A stretch of DNA of 60,955 bases, counting the filler. It is 7 parts of 7 records of this genome, joined end to end, with 100 filler letters (N's around TTAATTAATTAA, not from the genome) between each part and the next. Parts side by side here need not be neighbours in the genome. Positions count along the whole stretch, not along the records: positions 34,512 to 43,157 come from SRR2962707_5002; positions 43,258 to 48,504 come from SRR2962707_5009; positions 48,605 to 55,739 come from SRR2962707_5011; 4 more parts are not named here. One strand, written 5' to 3'. Shown here in pieces: positions 41,210 to 55,200 of this stretch. A program made the position numbers and the translations under genes. The notes beneath the pieces are model-generated. The model searched no databases. It was not told the DNA's origin and worked only from the letters and a program-made list of their open reading frames with translations. The stretch's first letter is position 1. Every line of letters starts with the position of its first letter.

Positions 41210-42208
41210 ATGGGTATTCTGGTTACTGGCGGCGCGGGGTATATCGGGTCCCACATGGTGCTTCACCTTGCCGATGCGGGCGAAAAAGTCGTCGTGCTCG
41301 ATAATCTGACCACGGGTTTCCCCTGGCTGGTCGATCATCGGGTGAAACTGGTCGAAGGCAATGTGGCCGATGCCGATCTGGTGTCAAAAGTCATTGCCGA
41401 GCACGAGATCGATGCCATCATTCACTTTGCCGGTTCGATCGTCGTGCCGGAATCGGTGGAAAACCCGCTCAAATATTACAAGAACAACACCGCCAACACG
41501 CGCGATCTGATCGCGGCGGCGGTGGCCGGTGGGGTCAAGCATTTCATTTTTTCATCGACCGCCGCGGTTTATGGAATGGTCGGGCTCGAGCCGGTGGGCG
41601 AGGACGCCATCCTCTCTCCGGTCTCGCCTTATGGACGGTCCAAATTGATGAGCGAATGGATGCTGGCCGATGTCGCTGCGGCGCATCCGATGACTTATGG
41701 TGTCCTGCGCTATTTCAACGTGGCGGGTGCCGATCCTGAAATGCGGTCGGGGCAATCGACGGCGGGGGCGACCCATCTGATCAAGGTGGCGGTGCAGACA
41801 GCGCTTGGGCATCGCGACAAGATGAACGTCTTCGGGGACGATTACCCAACCCCGGATGGGACCTGCGTGCGTGACTATATCCATGTCTCGGACCTCGTTG
41901 CCGCACATGGGCTGCTGCTCGGTCATTTGCGCGGGGGCGGGGAAAGCATCACCGTCAACTGCGGCTATGGGCGCGGATTTTCGGTGGACGAGGTCGTTTC
42001 GACCGTCAAATCGGTCACCGGGATCGATTTTGCGGTCGAGCACGGGCCGCGCCGGCCGGGCGATCCGGCTTCGATCGTGGCGGGGGCCGACCGGATAAAG
42101 GCGCTGGGCTGGGTGCCCAGGCATGACGATCTCGCCGGAATCGTGGAGATGGCCTATAAATGGGAAAAATATCTCGATACCCGAAACGACCGTCCGTCCA
42201 TTCTCTGA
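41210..42208 (+). CDS. galE: UDP-glucose 4-epimerase
   Basis: GGAGYIGSH, FSSTAAVYG, YGRSK, LRYFNVAGA and DGTCVRDYIHV; likely start ATG 41210. Confidence 0.95.
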   Translation: MGILVTGGAGYIGSHMVLHLADAGEKVVVLDNLTTGFPWLVDHRVKLVEGNVADADLVSKVIAEHEIDAIIHFAGSIVVPESVENPLKYYKNNTANTRDLIAAAVAGGVKHFIFSSTAAVYGMVGLEPVGEDAILSPVSPYGRSKLMSEWMLADVAAAHPMTYGVLRYFNVAGADPEMRSGQSTAGATHLIKVAVQTALGHRDKMNVFGDDYPTPDGTCVRDYIHVSDLVAAHGLLLGHLRGGGESITVNCGYGRGFSVDEVVSTVKSVTGIDFAVEHGPRRPGDPASIVAGADRIKALGWVPRHDDLAGIVEMAYKWEKYLDTRNDRPSIL

Positions 42209-43157
42209 TCGCAGCTGTTTTCGTCTGGCTTTGCCTGGCCGGTGCGGCAATGGCGCAGCCGGTCGAGAGCTTTGAGGCGTTCAAGGACCGGATGGAAGCG
42301 GTTGCGGTTGCCAATGGCGTGAGCCGCGATTTCTATCGCGCGGTGATGGGACCGATCCAGCCGGACCCGGCGATCCCGTCGCTGATTTCGGGGCAGCCCG
42401 AATTTGTGACGCCGGTCTGGGACTATCTCGACGCCCGCATCGGATCGGGACGGATAGCACGCGGGCGGGCGGCAGTGGCCGCCAATGAAGGACTGCTCAG
42501 CGCGGTCGGGCAGCGCTACGGGGTCGACCCTTATGTTCTGGCGGCGATCTGGGGTATGGAGTCCGATTATGGCGCCGTGCTGTCCAATGGCTCGCTTATC
42601 AGGCCGATCATTGCTTCACTTGCAACGTTGGCCCATCAGCGGCGCGGGCGGGTGGCCGAGGACGAGGCCGAACTGATTGCCGCTTTGCGGATAGCGCAGG
42701 CGCGAGGATCGGCACAGGGACTGGTGGGCTCGTGGGCCGGGGCGCTGGGGCATTTGCAGCTTATCCCAACCGCATATCTGCAATACGGGCAGGATGGCGA
42801 TGGCGACGGGGTTGTGGACCCGCACGCTTCGCTCGCCGATGCGCTTGCGTCCTCGGCCAATTATCTGCGCGGACTGGGTTATCGGCCCGGGCTCGATTGG
42901 GGCTTTGAGGTCGAGGTGCCCGAGGGATTCGATTATCTGCTGGCCGACCGGGAGACTTTCCGGCCCATACGGTTCTTTGCCGAGCGGGGTGTCGTGCGGG
43001 TCGCAGGGCGTCAGTTTACCGATCCAGGGACCGAAGTGTTTCTGTACGTCCCGGCCGGAGCAGACGGGCCCAAATTTTTGATGACGCGGAATTATCTGGT
43101 GTTCAAGGGCTACAATTTTTCCGATTCCTACGCCATGGCGGTGGCGCATCTGACCGA
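42160..43157 (+). CDS. MltB-like lytic murein transglycosylase, 3'-truncated
   Basis: AIWGMESDYG (catalytic Glu), GSWAGALGHLQLIP, DGDGDG and YNFSDSYAMAV. Confidence 0.9.
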
Positions 43158-43258
43158 NNNNNNNNNNNNNNNNNNNNNNNNNNNNNNNNNNNNNNNNNNN
43201 NTTAATTAATTAANNNNNNNNNNNNNNNNNNNNNNNNNNNNNNNNNNNNNNNNNNNNC

Positions 43259-45511
<2,253 letters not shown>

Positions 45512-46037
45512 TTGCACAGCACTGTGACCATCCTTCCGTGACCTCACACTTGTGTTGACCACTTTTATTTTTATCTTTATTTATGAAAACATCTTTTTTC
45601 CCTCCCGATCTGTTCCGTGTCATGTTGCTTCTGGCAATGCCTCGTTGGCGCTGCTGACATGCAACGCAATCTTTGTGTGTCTTTGATTACGCATGTATGT
45701 ATGTATGTAATGTACGTACGCCCGCTCCCGACACCGGTCTCTGCTTGGCTACCATGGATCCCGCATCGGCCACAGGCGAGGGTACTCCCATCATCCAAAA
45801 AACAAAGGCCGCACAGCTTGAGAGCCACCCAAATACCGACAGCAGTGGCGAAGAGCGGAATGACGGGACCCGCAAAAAGAAGCACAAGCACCACAAAAAG
45901 AAGCACAAGAAACAACTCGAATAGAGTGGCTTCCTTGACTAATGCGAACGGAAATTTGTCCGTGCCGAACCCTGTGATTAATTTTTAACAATTCAACTAA
46001 GTTTTCAGTGGCTGATAGTTGAGTCGTTCAGCCAGAG

Positions 46038-48503
46038 CTACGGCGATGCCGACGGGGTTGCATTGCCACCTTTTTGATCCTGAAGCTGGCGATACTTCCT
46101 CTCAAGAGCACGATACCGCTGAACGACAGTGCGCAGCTTTGTCTGCAGCCCCTCGTTCTTTTCGGCAAGAGCAGCGTTTTGGACTCGGAGTTCTGTCACA
46201 GCGGTCGCTGACTCAGGATCGCGGCTGTCTGCGTCTGAGGTTGCGTTGTTGGGGACATCGGCCTCCATTTGCGCGGTCTCAAGCATGCGGACCGCCTGGC
46301 GCAGCTGTTGGGTCATGCGATCGGAGGCGTCCCGCTCGGACGCAAGATCTTGAACCTCCTGTTGGAGACTGCGGCACTCTGACTGCAAGGCCTGAGCTTG
46401 GTTTCTCGCAGTCGCTTCGGCAGTTTCCACTTTCGCTGATTCTTGCCTTTGTTGTGCCTCAAGGAGGCTCACAACTTGGTCCCGTCGTTCAAGATCACTC
46501 TCAGCCGCTGCCAACGCATCTTCTGCTGCGCTTAGCTCTGCCATATGGCGCTCAGCAGCGGCGGAAAGGGCCGCCTTGAGGGCTGCTTCTTGAATGCCCC
46601 CACGCTCCTGCACCACCTCCTGCGCCACTGCATCTTCTGCAGACGCAGATGCCGCGGCTGCTTTCCACTCGGCAGCCTCTGATCTCAGCTCTTGTGCCAC
46701 GGAAGCATGTGCGCTTTCTTGAGCTTCAAGCTCTGAATTTTGTGTCTGCAATCGCTCGATCGTGTTCAGCTGTGCACGATACCTTGGGTGACACCACAAA
46801 CGCACCGACAACGAAAATAAGGCCACGAAAGCTTGAAAAGCACAGGAGTCCAAAACGCAACATGAGCAAATGCATGGCGTGGCCAAAACCGCAACTGCAG
46901 AATAAACGGCAAATGACTAGAACTGTTTGTCGACGGACCGCTTTACAACTTCCACGGACTTGGCTTTCAGTTTTTGTAACTGAGCTTGCGCTTCGTCTCG
47001 CGACTGCACAGCAACTTGTTCATTTTCAAGTGCACTGGCGAGCTCCGCCGCTAACTCAGCAACGCGTTTGTCAGGGCGCACGCTTACTTCTTCGTTCCCG
47101 GGCAGGGATTGCTGCACTGGCAGTTTGGTCAAGTTGACTGGCTTTAGCAGCAAAGGCTGGCGATCATCATCTTCCAGCGCGACAGCCCACCGGCACTGCT
47201 CTTCGTCCCACCCTTCGATGGTGCCTCGCAGTCCGTTGAATTGTGCTGCGTTCAGGCTGTGTAGTTCGACTCGATCACCGATTGCAAGTTCTGCGGTTGG
47301 GATTGCAGAAGTACCATGTCCGACGTCGTGTCTTGGGGCAGGAGGCTGAACTCGATGCTGCAGCTCTTGCAACTGAGCCTCGAGCGCCTTGCTTTGCATT
47401 TTTTGCCGACTCAGTGATGCATCCAACTCCTCTGCTCGCGTTCTGGCATCTTCAACCTCCGTCTGACATTGGGTTAGCTCAACTGCGAGTTGGGAAGCCT
47501 TGTCAGCCTCCAGGCTGGCAGAGGCGACTCTGGACTCAGCGGACGCAAGTTGCTCCTGCAGGGAGCTTACTTCTTCCAGGGCAGCTGTGGCCGCTGCCAA
47601 CTGTGAGGCTTCGGCTTCGGCCTCGACCCCGAGGCTCTCGCTGGCAAGATGAGCTGCTTCTACTGCTTGCGCCCGTGCAGTATCTGCCTCCTCGCACGCT
47701 TTTTCCACAAGCTGCAACTTGCTCAGCATCGACGAGGATGTGGCACGCAACTCCGCAGCTTGGGCCTCGGCGGCCGACTTCGCGGCCGCTTCGTCTTCAA
47801 GAGCCACCTCAAGGGATCGCATTTCAGACACATGGAGCGTACGTAACTGTGCTTCGGTCGCTGCCAGTGCCTCGAGGATGTTGGCATCGTTTCCTTTTCG
47901 CTCGGTGTTCACCTGTGCCTGCAGCTCAAGAAGCTCCTCCTGTGCAGCTGTAAGTTTTTGCTCAAGTTCCTCGCGGTTCTGAGCTTCAATTGCCGCAAGT
48001 TTTGGGTCAACCTGGCCCGGATTGGCGGTTTCACCCTGCTTCGCCAACGCAACGTCGATCTCGTTTTGCAGCTGGGCTCGCTCATGCTCCCACTCAGAAG
48101 CTCGATCGCTCAGCTCGGACATCGCAAACTCAAGCGATGCTCGCAGTTCGGAAAGTTGATTGCCCACCTTGCCGGCATCGTTTTCGGTGCTTTCGCTGAC
48201 TGCGGGTGTATTGCTGGAACCATGTGCATCGAGGGGCTCGGGAATGCGAACCAGATTGATTGGACGAATTAAAATCGCCTGCGCCTCACTGCTTTCACCC
48301 AGGCCCGTGCTCTCAAGCATGACCGACCAACGACCTTGAGGTTCATCCCAAGACTCCAAGTGCCCTTGCCTACCGTTAAAAGCGACGGCTTTCAATCCAC
48401 GCAGCTCGACTCTATCGCCATTAGCCAGCCACTGTCGCGAAAACTCGAGTAACGTTGCCGTTGTGTCAGCGCCGCTGGGCTGCTGCTGCTGCTGCTGCTG
48501 CTG
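46038..48503 (-). CDS. Eukaryotic coiled-coil protein with two SH3-like beta modules and polyQ; 5'-truncated; one intron (about 46783-46938)
   Basis: Frame is open from the contig end (Q8-PSGAD...). A/E/Q/L-rich heptads; repeated GDRVEL..L....FNG..G....WDE...RW.V.LE...P.NL; splicing gives VVKRYRAQ, echoing the later VVQRYRAL. Confidence 0.72.
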
Positions 48504-48504
48504 C
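48479..48504 (-). repeat. (CAG)n microsatellite encoding polyglutamine at the contig end
   Basis: Run of TGC triplets on the plus strand, in frame as at least eight Gln on the minus strand. Confidence 0.85.
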
Positions 48505-48604
48505 NNNNNNNNNNNNNNNNNNNNNNNNNNNNNNNNNNNNNNNNNNNNTTAATTAATTAANNNNNNNNNNNNNNNNNNNNNNNNNNNNNNNNNNNNNNNN
48601 NNNN

Positions 48605-48633
48605 AAAAAGAGTACCTTGGTACTCTTTTTTTT
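48605..48633. terminator. Rho-independent terminator of an upstream gene
   Basis: AAAAAGAGTACC-TT-GGTACTCTTTTTTTT. Confidence 0.8.
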
Positions 48634-48671
48634 GGTAGTTTAAAACGCCTAACAATAAACAGGGGATAGCG

Positions 48672-49133
48672 ATGACACCGGCAACGCAGCTTTTAAAAAA
48701 ACACCGAGCCAGCTTTGAAGTGCTCAGTTATGAACATGATGCCAATGCGCAAAGCTTTGGTTTAGAAGCCGTTGAAAAGTTAGCTTTACCGGCAGAGCAA
48801 GTATTTAAAACCTTAGTACTTGAAACTAACGCACAGCAGTTAATTGTGGCAATCACCCCAGTAACACAGCAAGTAAACTTAAAATTGTTAGCAAAAGCCT
48901 GTGGCGCTAAAAAAGTGCAGATGGCAGCTGCGCAAAAAGTCGAAAATAGCACCGGTTATATTCTCGGTGGCGTAAGTCCGCTCGGGCAAAAAAAGCGCTT
49001 AGCAACCTACCTTCATAATAGTGCACAGCAATTTGATACTATTTATGTGAGTGCAGGCAAGCGCGGGCTTGAAATTGCACTTGCCCCATCAATATTGCTA
49101 AACCTAACTTCAGGTCACTACGCTGACTTTTGA
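48672..49133 (+). CDS. ybaK: Cys-tRNA(Pro) deacylase
   Basis: MTPAT, QVFKTLV, TGYILGGVSPLGQKK and VSAGKRGLEI. Confidence 0.95.
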   Translation: MTPATQLLKKHRASFEVLSYEHDANAQSFGLEAVEKLALPAEQVFKTLVLETNAQQLIVAITPVTQQVNLKLLAKACGAKKVQMAAAQKVENSTGYILGGVSPLGQKKRLATYLHNSAQQFDTIYVSAGKRGLEIALAPSILLNLTSGHYADF

Positions 49134-50647
49134 TAAACATCCTTAGCATCACAAAAGCGCGCAATAAATTCAGCATGACTAGGTTGGGTTAACACGGCAT
49201 TCTCAATCGCTTTACTGCCTTGTTGTAAGCTTTGGGTGAGCTTATTACTATCGAGCGAGTCAAGTACTGGATTATATCGCGAAGGCATCACCTGCATGCC
49301 ATTAAGTACCGCATACCAACTCGTTGGTTGAAATAATTGTTCAGCCGCTGATGTTAATGTGCCCGCGACTTTAAATATAGCTAATTTTTGTTGCAAACTT
49401 TTAGGTATTGCCATCGAAGCACAGTCTCGCCAAAATGCCGTGTCATTTCGCGTTGTAGTGCAATAATGCAGCACTAAAAAATCACGGATCTCAAGGTAGT
49501 CTTGGTGAATACGGCGATTAAACTCATCAATAATGACTTGATTAGTGTCACTGTTATCGGGGAACATCTTAATGAACAAGGCTAAACTTTTTGATACTAA
49601 ATGAATTGCTGTAGATTCGAGTGGTTCGATAAACCCTTGCGCGAGGCCTAAGCTCAAGCAGTTTTTTATCCAAGCTTGTTTACGAACCCCAGTTTTAAAA
49701 GCGATTACTTTGGGCTTGGTGAGTAGCTCACCAGTGACACTTGCAAGCAGCGTATCGATTGCTTGTTGATCATCACAGTATTTATCGCAAAATACGTATC
49801 CATTACCCATGCGATGCTGTAAAGGAATATGCCAGCTCCATCCTGCGTTTTGTGCTTTTGACACAGTATAAGGACTGATTGTTTTAGTGTGAGTGGTTTG
49901 TACCGTTACAGCCCGATTACAGGGGAGGTACTCACTCCAATCATCAAAACCCGCATGCATAGTTTGCTCAATTAAGAGGCCTTTAAAGCCGGAGCAGTCA
50001 ATAAAAAACTCCCCTGTAATAGATTGTTGATTAACACGCACGTCAGAGATATTACCGCTGCTGTTTTGGATCACATCACTAATGATCCCTTCAACGCGTT
50101 TTACGCCATTATTTTCGGCAAAATTTCTTAAATAACGCGCCATTAAACCCGCATCTAAATGTAAGGCAAAGCGGGCGCTTGCCAGTGGCGTATTGTGCGC
50201 TTCATGGGGTATAAAAAACTTATTCTGCTGGGCCAATATAGCTTCTGGAGAGTGCGCCATTAAAGGGGTTGTATCACCCTCGGCGGCGGTTTTTAACCAG
50301 CATTGATAGAAGTCGTGACCGTCGATATTACGGCCTAACGTACCAAATGGGTGGAAATAAGCATCTCCTTTGCTATGCCAATCAGCAAATTGAATACCAA
50401 GCTTAAAAGTGGCTTGCGTGTGTTTGATAAAATCAGCTAAATTAATGCCGATACTTTCTAAAATGGCGATAAGCGGCGGAATAGTCGCCTCCCCAACACC
50501 AATAGTGCCAATCTCATCCGATTCAATTAATGTAATATCAACAGATTGATTTTTAAGTGCGTAGCTCAATGTCGCGGCTGCGAGCCAACCAGCGGTGCCA
50601 CCACCTGCAATGACTATTTTTGTTATTGGTTGTTGGGTTAATTGCAT
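49118..50647 (-). CDS. Flavin-dependent halogenase (tryptophan halogenase family)
   Basis: GGGTAG, GVGEAT, ATFKLGI (catalytic Lys), WSWHIPL and FIEPLEST. Confidence 0.93.
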   Translation of the reverse strand: MQLTQQPITKIVIAGGGTAGWLAAATLSYALKNQSVDITLIESDEIGTIGVGEATIPPLIAILESIGINLADFIKHTQATFKLGIQFADWHSKGDAYFHPFGTLGRNIDGHDFYQCWLKTAAEGDTTPLMAHSPEAILAQQNKFFIPHEAHNTPLASARFALHLDAGLMARYLRNFAENNGVKRVEGIISDVIQNSSGNISDVRVNQQSITGEFFIDCSGFKGLLIEQTMHAGFDDWSEYLPCNRAVTVQTTHTKTISPYTVSKAQNAGWSWHIPLQHRMGNGYVFCDKYCDDQQAIDTLLASVTGELLTKPKVIAFKTGVRKQAWIKNCLSLGLAQGFIEPLESTAIHLVSKSLALFIKMFPDNSDTNQVIIDEFNRRIHQDYLEIRDFLVLHYCTTTRNDTAFWRDCASMAIPKSLQQKLAIFKVAGTLTSAAEQLFQPTSWYAVLNGMQVMPSRYNPVLDSLDSNKLTQSLQQGSKAIENAVLTQPSHAEFIARFCDAKDVYQKSA

Positions 50648-50665
50648 TGTGATTATTTACCTTGT

Positions 50666-52186
50666 TTAAGAGCAAGCGCTTTTAGTAAATTTACTTAAAA
50701 ACTCACTGTGTGCTGGTGTTTGCTGAGTAAGTGTTGCCACGGTGTTTTGCATAAAGTTTAATTGTTCTATAAGGTACTGCGCAGGCATGTTATCGGCACG
50801 CGGATGATACTGTTCAGGTAAGTAACTAAACCCATCAAAAATCGCCAACCAGCTGTCTTTACCAAACATTTCCCACACACGTGGTAGCACGTCGCCGGTA
50901 TCTTTAAATGCCTGCATTTTTTGCGCTAACGTGGTTGGAATATCCATATCGCGGCAATATTGCCACATTGCAGAGTCTGTTCGTTGATTTAACTTATAGT
51001 GCAGAATAATAAAGTCACGCACATGTTCGTATTCAAGTGCTGTGATGTCGTTAAATTGCTGTTGCGTCTGCTCAGTGTATTGCCCAGTTGGCAGTAGTTG
51101 TTGAATACGCGCAATGGCTGTTTCAACTAAGGCAATACTGGTGGATTCTAGGGGTTCTAAAAATCCCGCAGCTAAACCAATGGCTACGCAATTGCTTTGC
51201 CATGCTTGTTTGCAACGTCCTGGTGTGAAAGATAGTGCTTTTGGTGCGTTGAGCATGGGCTCAGTTAACGAGTCAGTGAGGGCGCTTAGTGCTTGTTGGT
51301 CACTACAAAATTTGCTCGAGTAAACAATGCCGTTACCCGTGCGGTTTTGTAACGGGATTTTCCATTGCCAGCCAGCGCTATGGGCTTTGGCAATGGTACG
51401 AGTGGCTGGTTGTTTATTGCTTTGCGTTTGTACTGCAAATGCGCGATCGCATACTAACCACTGACTCCAGTTTATGTAGGGTACGTTTAAAGCTTGTTGT
51501 AGTAACACCCCTTTAAAGCCCGAGCAGTCAATAAAAAAATCACCATGTAACAGACTATTATCTGAAAAAACAAGCTGACTTATGTGCTGCGAATGTTGCT
51601 CAACGGTTACTTGTGCTACTTGTTTATCAATTAACTTAACGCCTAGCGATAGGGCATGTTTTTTCATCAAATCAGCGAATAAACTGGCATCAAAATGATA
51701 GGCCCAATCGAATACTTCGAGCTGGTTTGCAGGTTTTTTATGTTGAGGAGAAAACTTATTCTGCTGCGCTAAACTGGCGCCTAATGAATATGCGCTTAGG
51801 GGAACTTGGTGACCGTGTTGTTTGGCGCGTAACCAATAGTGATGAAAGGACACGTCTTTGGTACTTTGCCCGTACAAACCGAACGGGTGTATAAAACGAG
51901 TACCAATTTGATACCAATCTTGGAACTCAATCCCTAATTTACATGTTGCATTGGTTGCTTTAATAATATCCTCATCGCTGTAACCTAGGGTATTACAAAA
52001 GCGTCGTAATGTTGGAATGGTTGCTTCACCAACTCCCACCGTGCCAAGCACTGAAGATTCAACTAAGGTAATCGTGATTGACTGATCTTTAAAGTGCTGA
52101 CTTAAAGCTGCTGCAGTCATCCAGCCGGTCGTACCACCACCAACAATGACAAGGTTATTTATTTTTTTTAGTTGCGAGCTATTCAT
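50666..52186 (-). CDS. Flavin-dependent halogenase (tryptophan halogenase family), second copy
   Basis: GGGTTG, GVGEAT, ATCKLGI, WQWKIPL and FLEPLEST; likely start ATG 52186, since the longer ORF overlaps the receptor and a hairpin. Confidence 0.93.
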   Translation of the reverse strand: MNSSQLKKINNLVIVGGGTTGWMTAAALSQHFKDQSITITLVESSVLGTVGVGEATIPTLRRFCNTLGYSDEDIIKATNATCKLGIEFQDWYQIGTRFIHPFGLYGQSTKDVSFHHYWLRAKQHGHQVPLSAYSLGASLAQQNKFSPQHKKPANQLEVFDWAYHFDASLFADLMKKHALSLGVKLIDKQVAQVTVEQHSQHISQLVFSDNSLLHGDFFIDCSGFKGVLLQQALNVPYINWSQWLVCDRAFAVQTQSNKQPATRTIAKAHSAGWQWKIPLQNRTGNGIVYSSKFCSDQQALSALTDSLTEPMLNAPKALSFTPGRCKQAWQSNCVAIGLAAGFLEPLESTSIALVETAIARIQQLLPTGQYTEQTQQQFNDITALEYEHVRDFIILHYKLNQRTDSAMWQYCRDMDIPTTLAQKMQAFKDTGDVLPRVWEMFGKDSWLAIFDGFSYLPEQYHPRADNMPAQYLIEQLNFMQNTVATLTQQTPAHSEFLSKFTKSACS

Positions 52187-52210
52187 TACCGGACTCTTAT
52201 TATAAGTATA

Positions 52211-52240
52211 AAAACCGCTAACAAGCTTGTTAGCGGTTTT
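52211..52240 (-). terminator. Perfect 30-bp palindrome between the receptor and the halogenases
   Basis: AAAACCGCTAACAAG-CTTGTTAGCGGTTTT. Confidence 0.7.
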
Positions 52241-52269
52241 ATTGTTTATCTTACTAGCTAAAAAGGCGA

Positions 52270-55200
52270 CTAGAAGGTAATACGAGTACCCAATGTCCAA
52301 CGTGCTTCATAAACATTCTGGAACGCTTTTTGTCCCGAAAACTCTACATAAGTTTGTTGGATTTCTTCAGTAATATTTGAACCATTGATATACACGGTAA
52401 TGTTCTCATCAAAGTGGTAGCTCACATTTAAATCAAGTTGCGCATAATCATCTTGATACAGCGACTGACCACCTGTTGAGGCGCTCCCTTGCGTGATCAA
52501 ACGAGGGCTTCTAAAGTTATAAGCTAGGCGTGTTGAGAACGCATCTTGCTCATACCACAATACAAAGTTATAGGTATCTTTTGACATACCAACGAAAGGT
52601 AAGTCATTACCGTGAACATCTTTGCTGTCTTGAGAGCTATCGCTGTATGTATAGTTTGCATCAATACCAAAATTATCGATAAAGCTATTAGTCGCAAATA
52701 CGTCACCAAACGCTAGTTTAGTGCCAACTTCGTAGCCTGTTACGCTACCGCCATTGCCTTGTACGTTGGCTGTAAATGGCCATGGACCACGGCTTACACC
52801 ATCAGAATCGGGTTCATCAATCATCACAGTTGAACTTTCTGTAAAGCTCTCAATTTCAATATCATAAGTGGCTACGTACATCATTGATGCTTCACCCATA
52901 TACCATTCAGCAGAAAGCGAATAGTTTTCAGAGCGCCAAGGATCAAGCTCAGGGTTACCGTTTAATGTACCGTTAACGACCCGCATACAGCCACAACTGT
53001 CATCAAATACTGAGCCAACAGTTTTACCCGCGCCCCACTGATCCAAATTAAGTGGTTGCATGTTTTTAGACCATGACGCACGTAAGATAATATCGTCTGT
53101 TGCTGAGTAAGCTAAGTTTACAGAAGGTAGGTAGTCGGTATAGCTGCGATCCGTAACAGTATCACCAATATCAGGGCCTAACCCAGAATGCGGAAGGTTT
53201 GGACCGACGAGGTTTTGTTTTACGTATAGATTGGTTTCGACCACTTTCATACCCACATTACCGCTTAGCGCTTCGTACTCAAAATTAGCTTGTACAAAAT
53301 AACTTAATTCGTCTAATGCAGCATCGTAAGTTGAACCACCATTTTCAGTACGCGCGACATTACCAAACACATCTTCATGGAATTGACGAGGATCACGGAA
53401 GTTGCTTGGGTCAATAGACCAAACACCTGGAATACCTGTTACTCCCCCAAAATTTGTTTGCCATGAAACTGAAGCATGTTGATCTAGGCGAGTTGGGGGT
53501 AATAAGCTGTAAGGTGTCCACGTGCCGTTAACCATTTCACCCGTACCTTGGACTTGGTAGCAAGGATCCCCTTCGCCAGCACCGTTGTATTGTTGGTCAA
53601 CCGCTTTCCACTGAGCGATGTCACAGCCATCACCAAAATCAGACGTATAAGTAAACTGGTCGTGATCTACTTTACGCTCAGAATAACGCAGACCAAAATC
53701 AACACTGGTTATAAATGGATTATCTTCAAGGGCATAATTCCATTTGGTGCTAAAGGTATTGATTTCACCTTCGTCGTCAGTATTCCCCTCAGAAGAAAAT
53801 GCACCGACGTGATAGGAGTCTAAATCAGCCATGTAGTCAGCAACACTGCGCATGCCTTTGCCACCATTGACCATTTGATCAAATCCGCCAAATGCAGGAT
53901 GCGTTCCTGCTGCATCGTAGGTAATAAAGAAGTCATTTGACTCTATACCTTGTGAATATAGGGCGTTACAGCCACCCTGATCACCTATGATTGCTTCACC
54001 ACTGTTGCAAAATTCAGCAGGATTTAAACCGCCAGGGCCTGTAACTAAGCTTCCTTGGTCGATACTTAAGATGTCGCCTTCACCATATCCGTGGCGCATT
54101 TTAGCAGTCGCACGAGCAAAAGTGGCTCTTACTTGCCCCGTTAAGGCGCCACCATTGTCATAATTAAGTTCTAGGTTAAAGTTTTGCGACTTTTCTTCGT
54201 TACCATTGGCTTGTGTGAATGATTGCATGCGATAAGGACGCATTTTAAACGCATCAACACCTTGCCACGGGTTGCCCTGTGCATCAGTGAATGTGTCACC
54301 GGTTGAGTTAGTTGCATAGGCGTAGTTAGCGTAAGTTTGCCAACGGCTATTATGGTTAAAGCCTCTACGTGCATTAAAACGATCTTGCTTTGTGTAAAAA
54401 TAATCAGCAGTTAATTCAAAACCTTCGCCTAAGTCTGCTTGAAATGAAAACTGCACGGCATCACGTTTACGTTCTTCGGTTTTATTGAATGCCGTAAAAC
54501 CATGCGGAATAATATTGTAAACTTCGCCACCTTCAGCTGGTTGTTCACCCCATGTATGGTTGTTTTCAGTCCAGCCTAAGCCACCGTTTTCTGAGGTATC
54601 ATTATAACCATTGTAGTCACTGGCTAAGTTTGCTTCAGATGTAACTGCTGAGAATAAGAAACCCACTTTGCCGTTGTTATAACTCAGTAAACCATTAATA
54701 TTAGGATCGGTTTCGTCACTGATAGAGCCGCGAGTGATTTCAGCACCACCTGAGACAACCCAGCCTTCGTCCATATCAAATGGGCGACGCGTTTTTAAGT
54801 TAACTGAGCCCGCAATACCCGCGGCACTATTACTCGATGTGGCTGACTTATACACATCTACCCCAGAGAATAACTGTGATGGTAAATCACCGAAGTCAGC
54901 TCCTGAACTATCGATTGTCGTCGCACTGAGAAATACTTCGCCATTTAACGTGGTATCCACTTGTGGTAAACCGCGTATAGCGATTGGACCACCTTCACCA
55001 GCTACTCGTTCAATTTGCACACCCGTAATACGTTGCAGTGAATCAGCGATAGTAACATCGGGTAATTTACCAATATCTTCAGCTGCAATGCCATCTACTT
55101 GCGATGCTGCAAAGCGCTTGGTGTTAATTGCGGCAACGGTACTGCCGCGAATACCTCTTACTTCGATGACTTCTACATCATCTTTAGCCTCTGCGGCATT

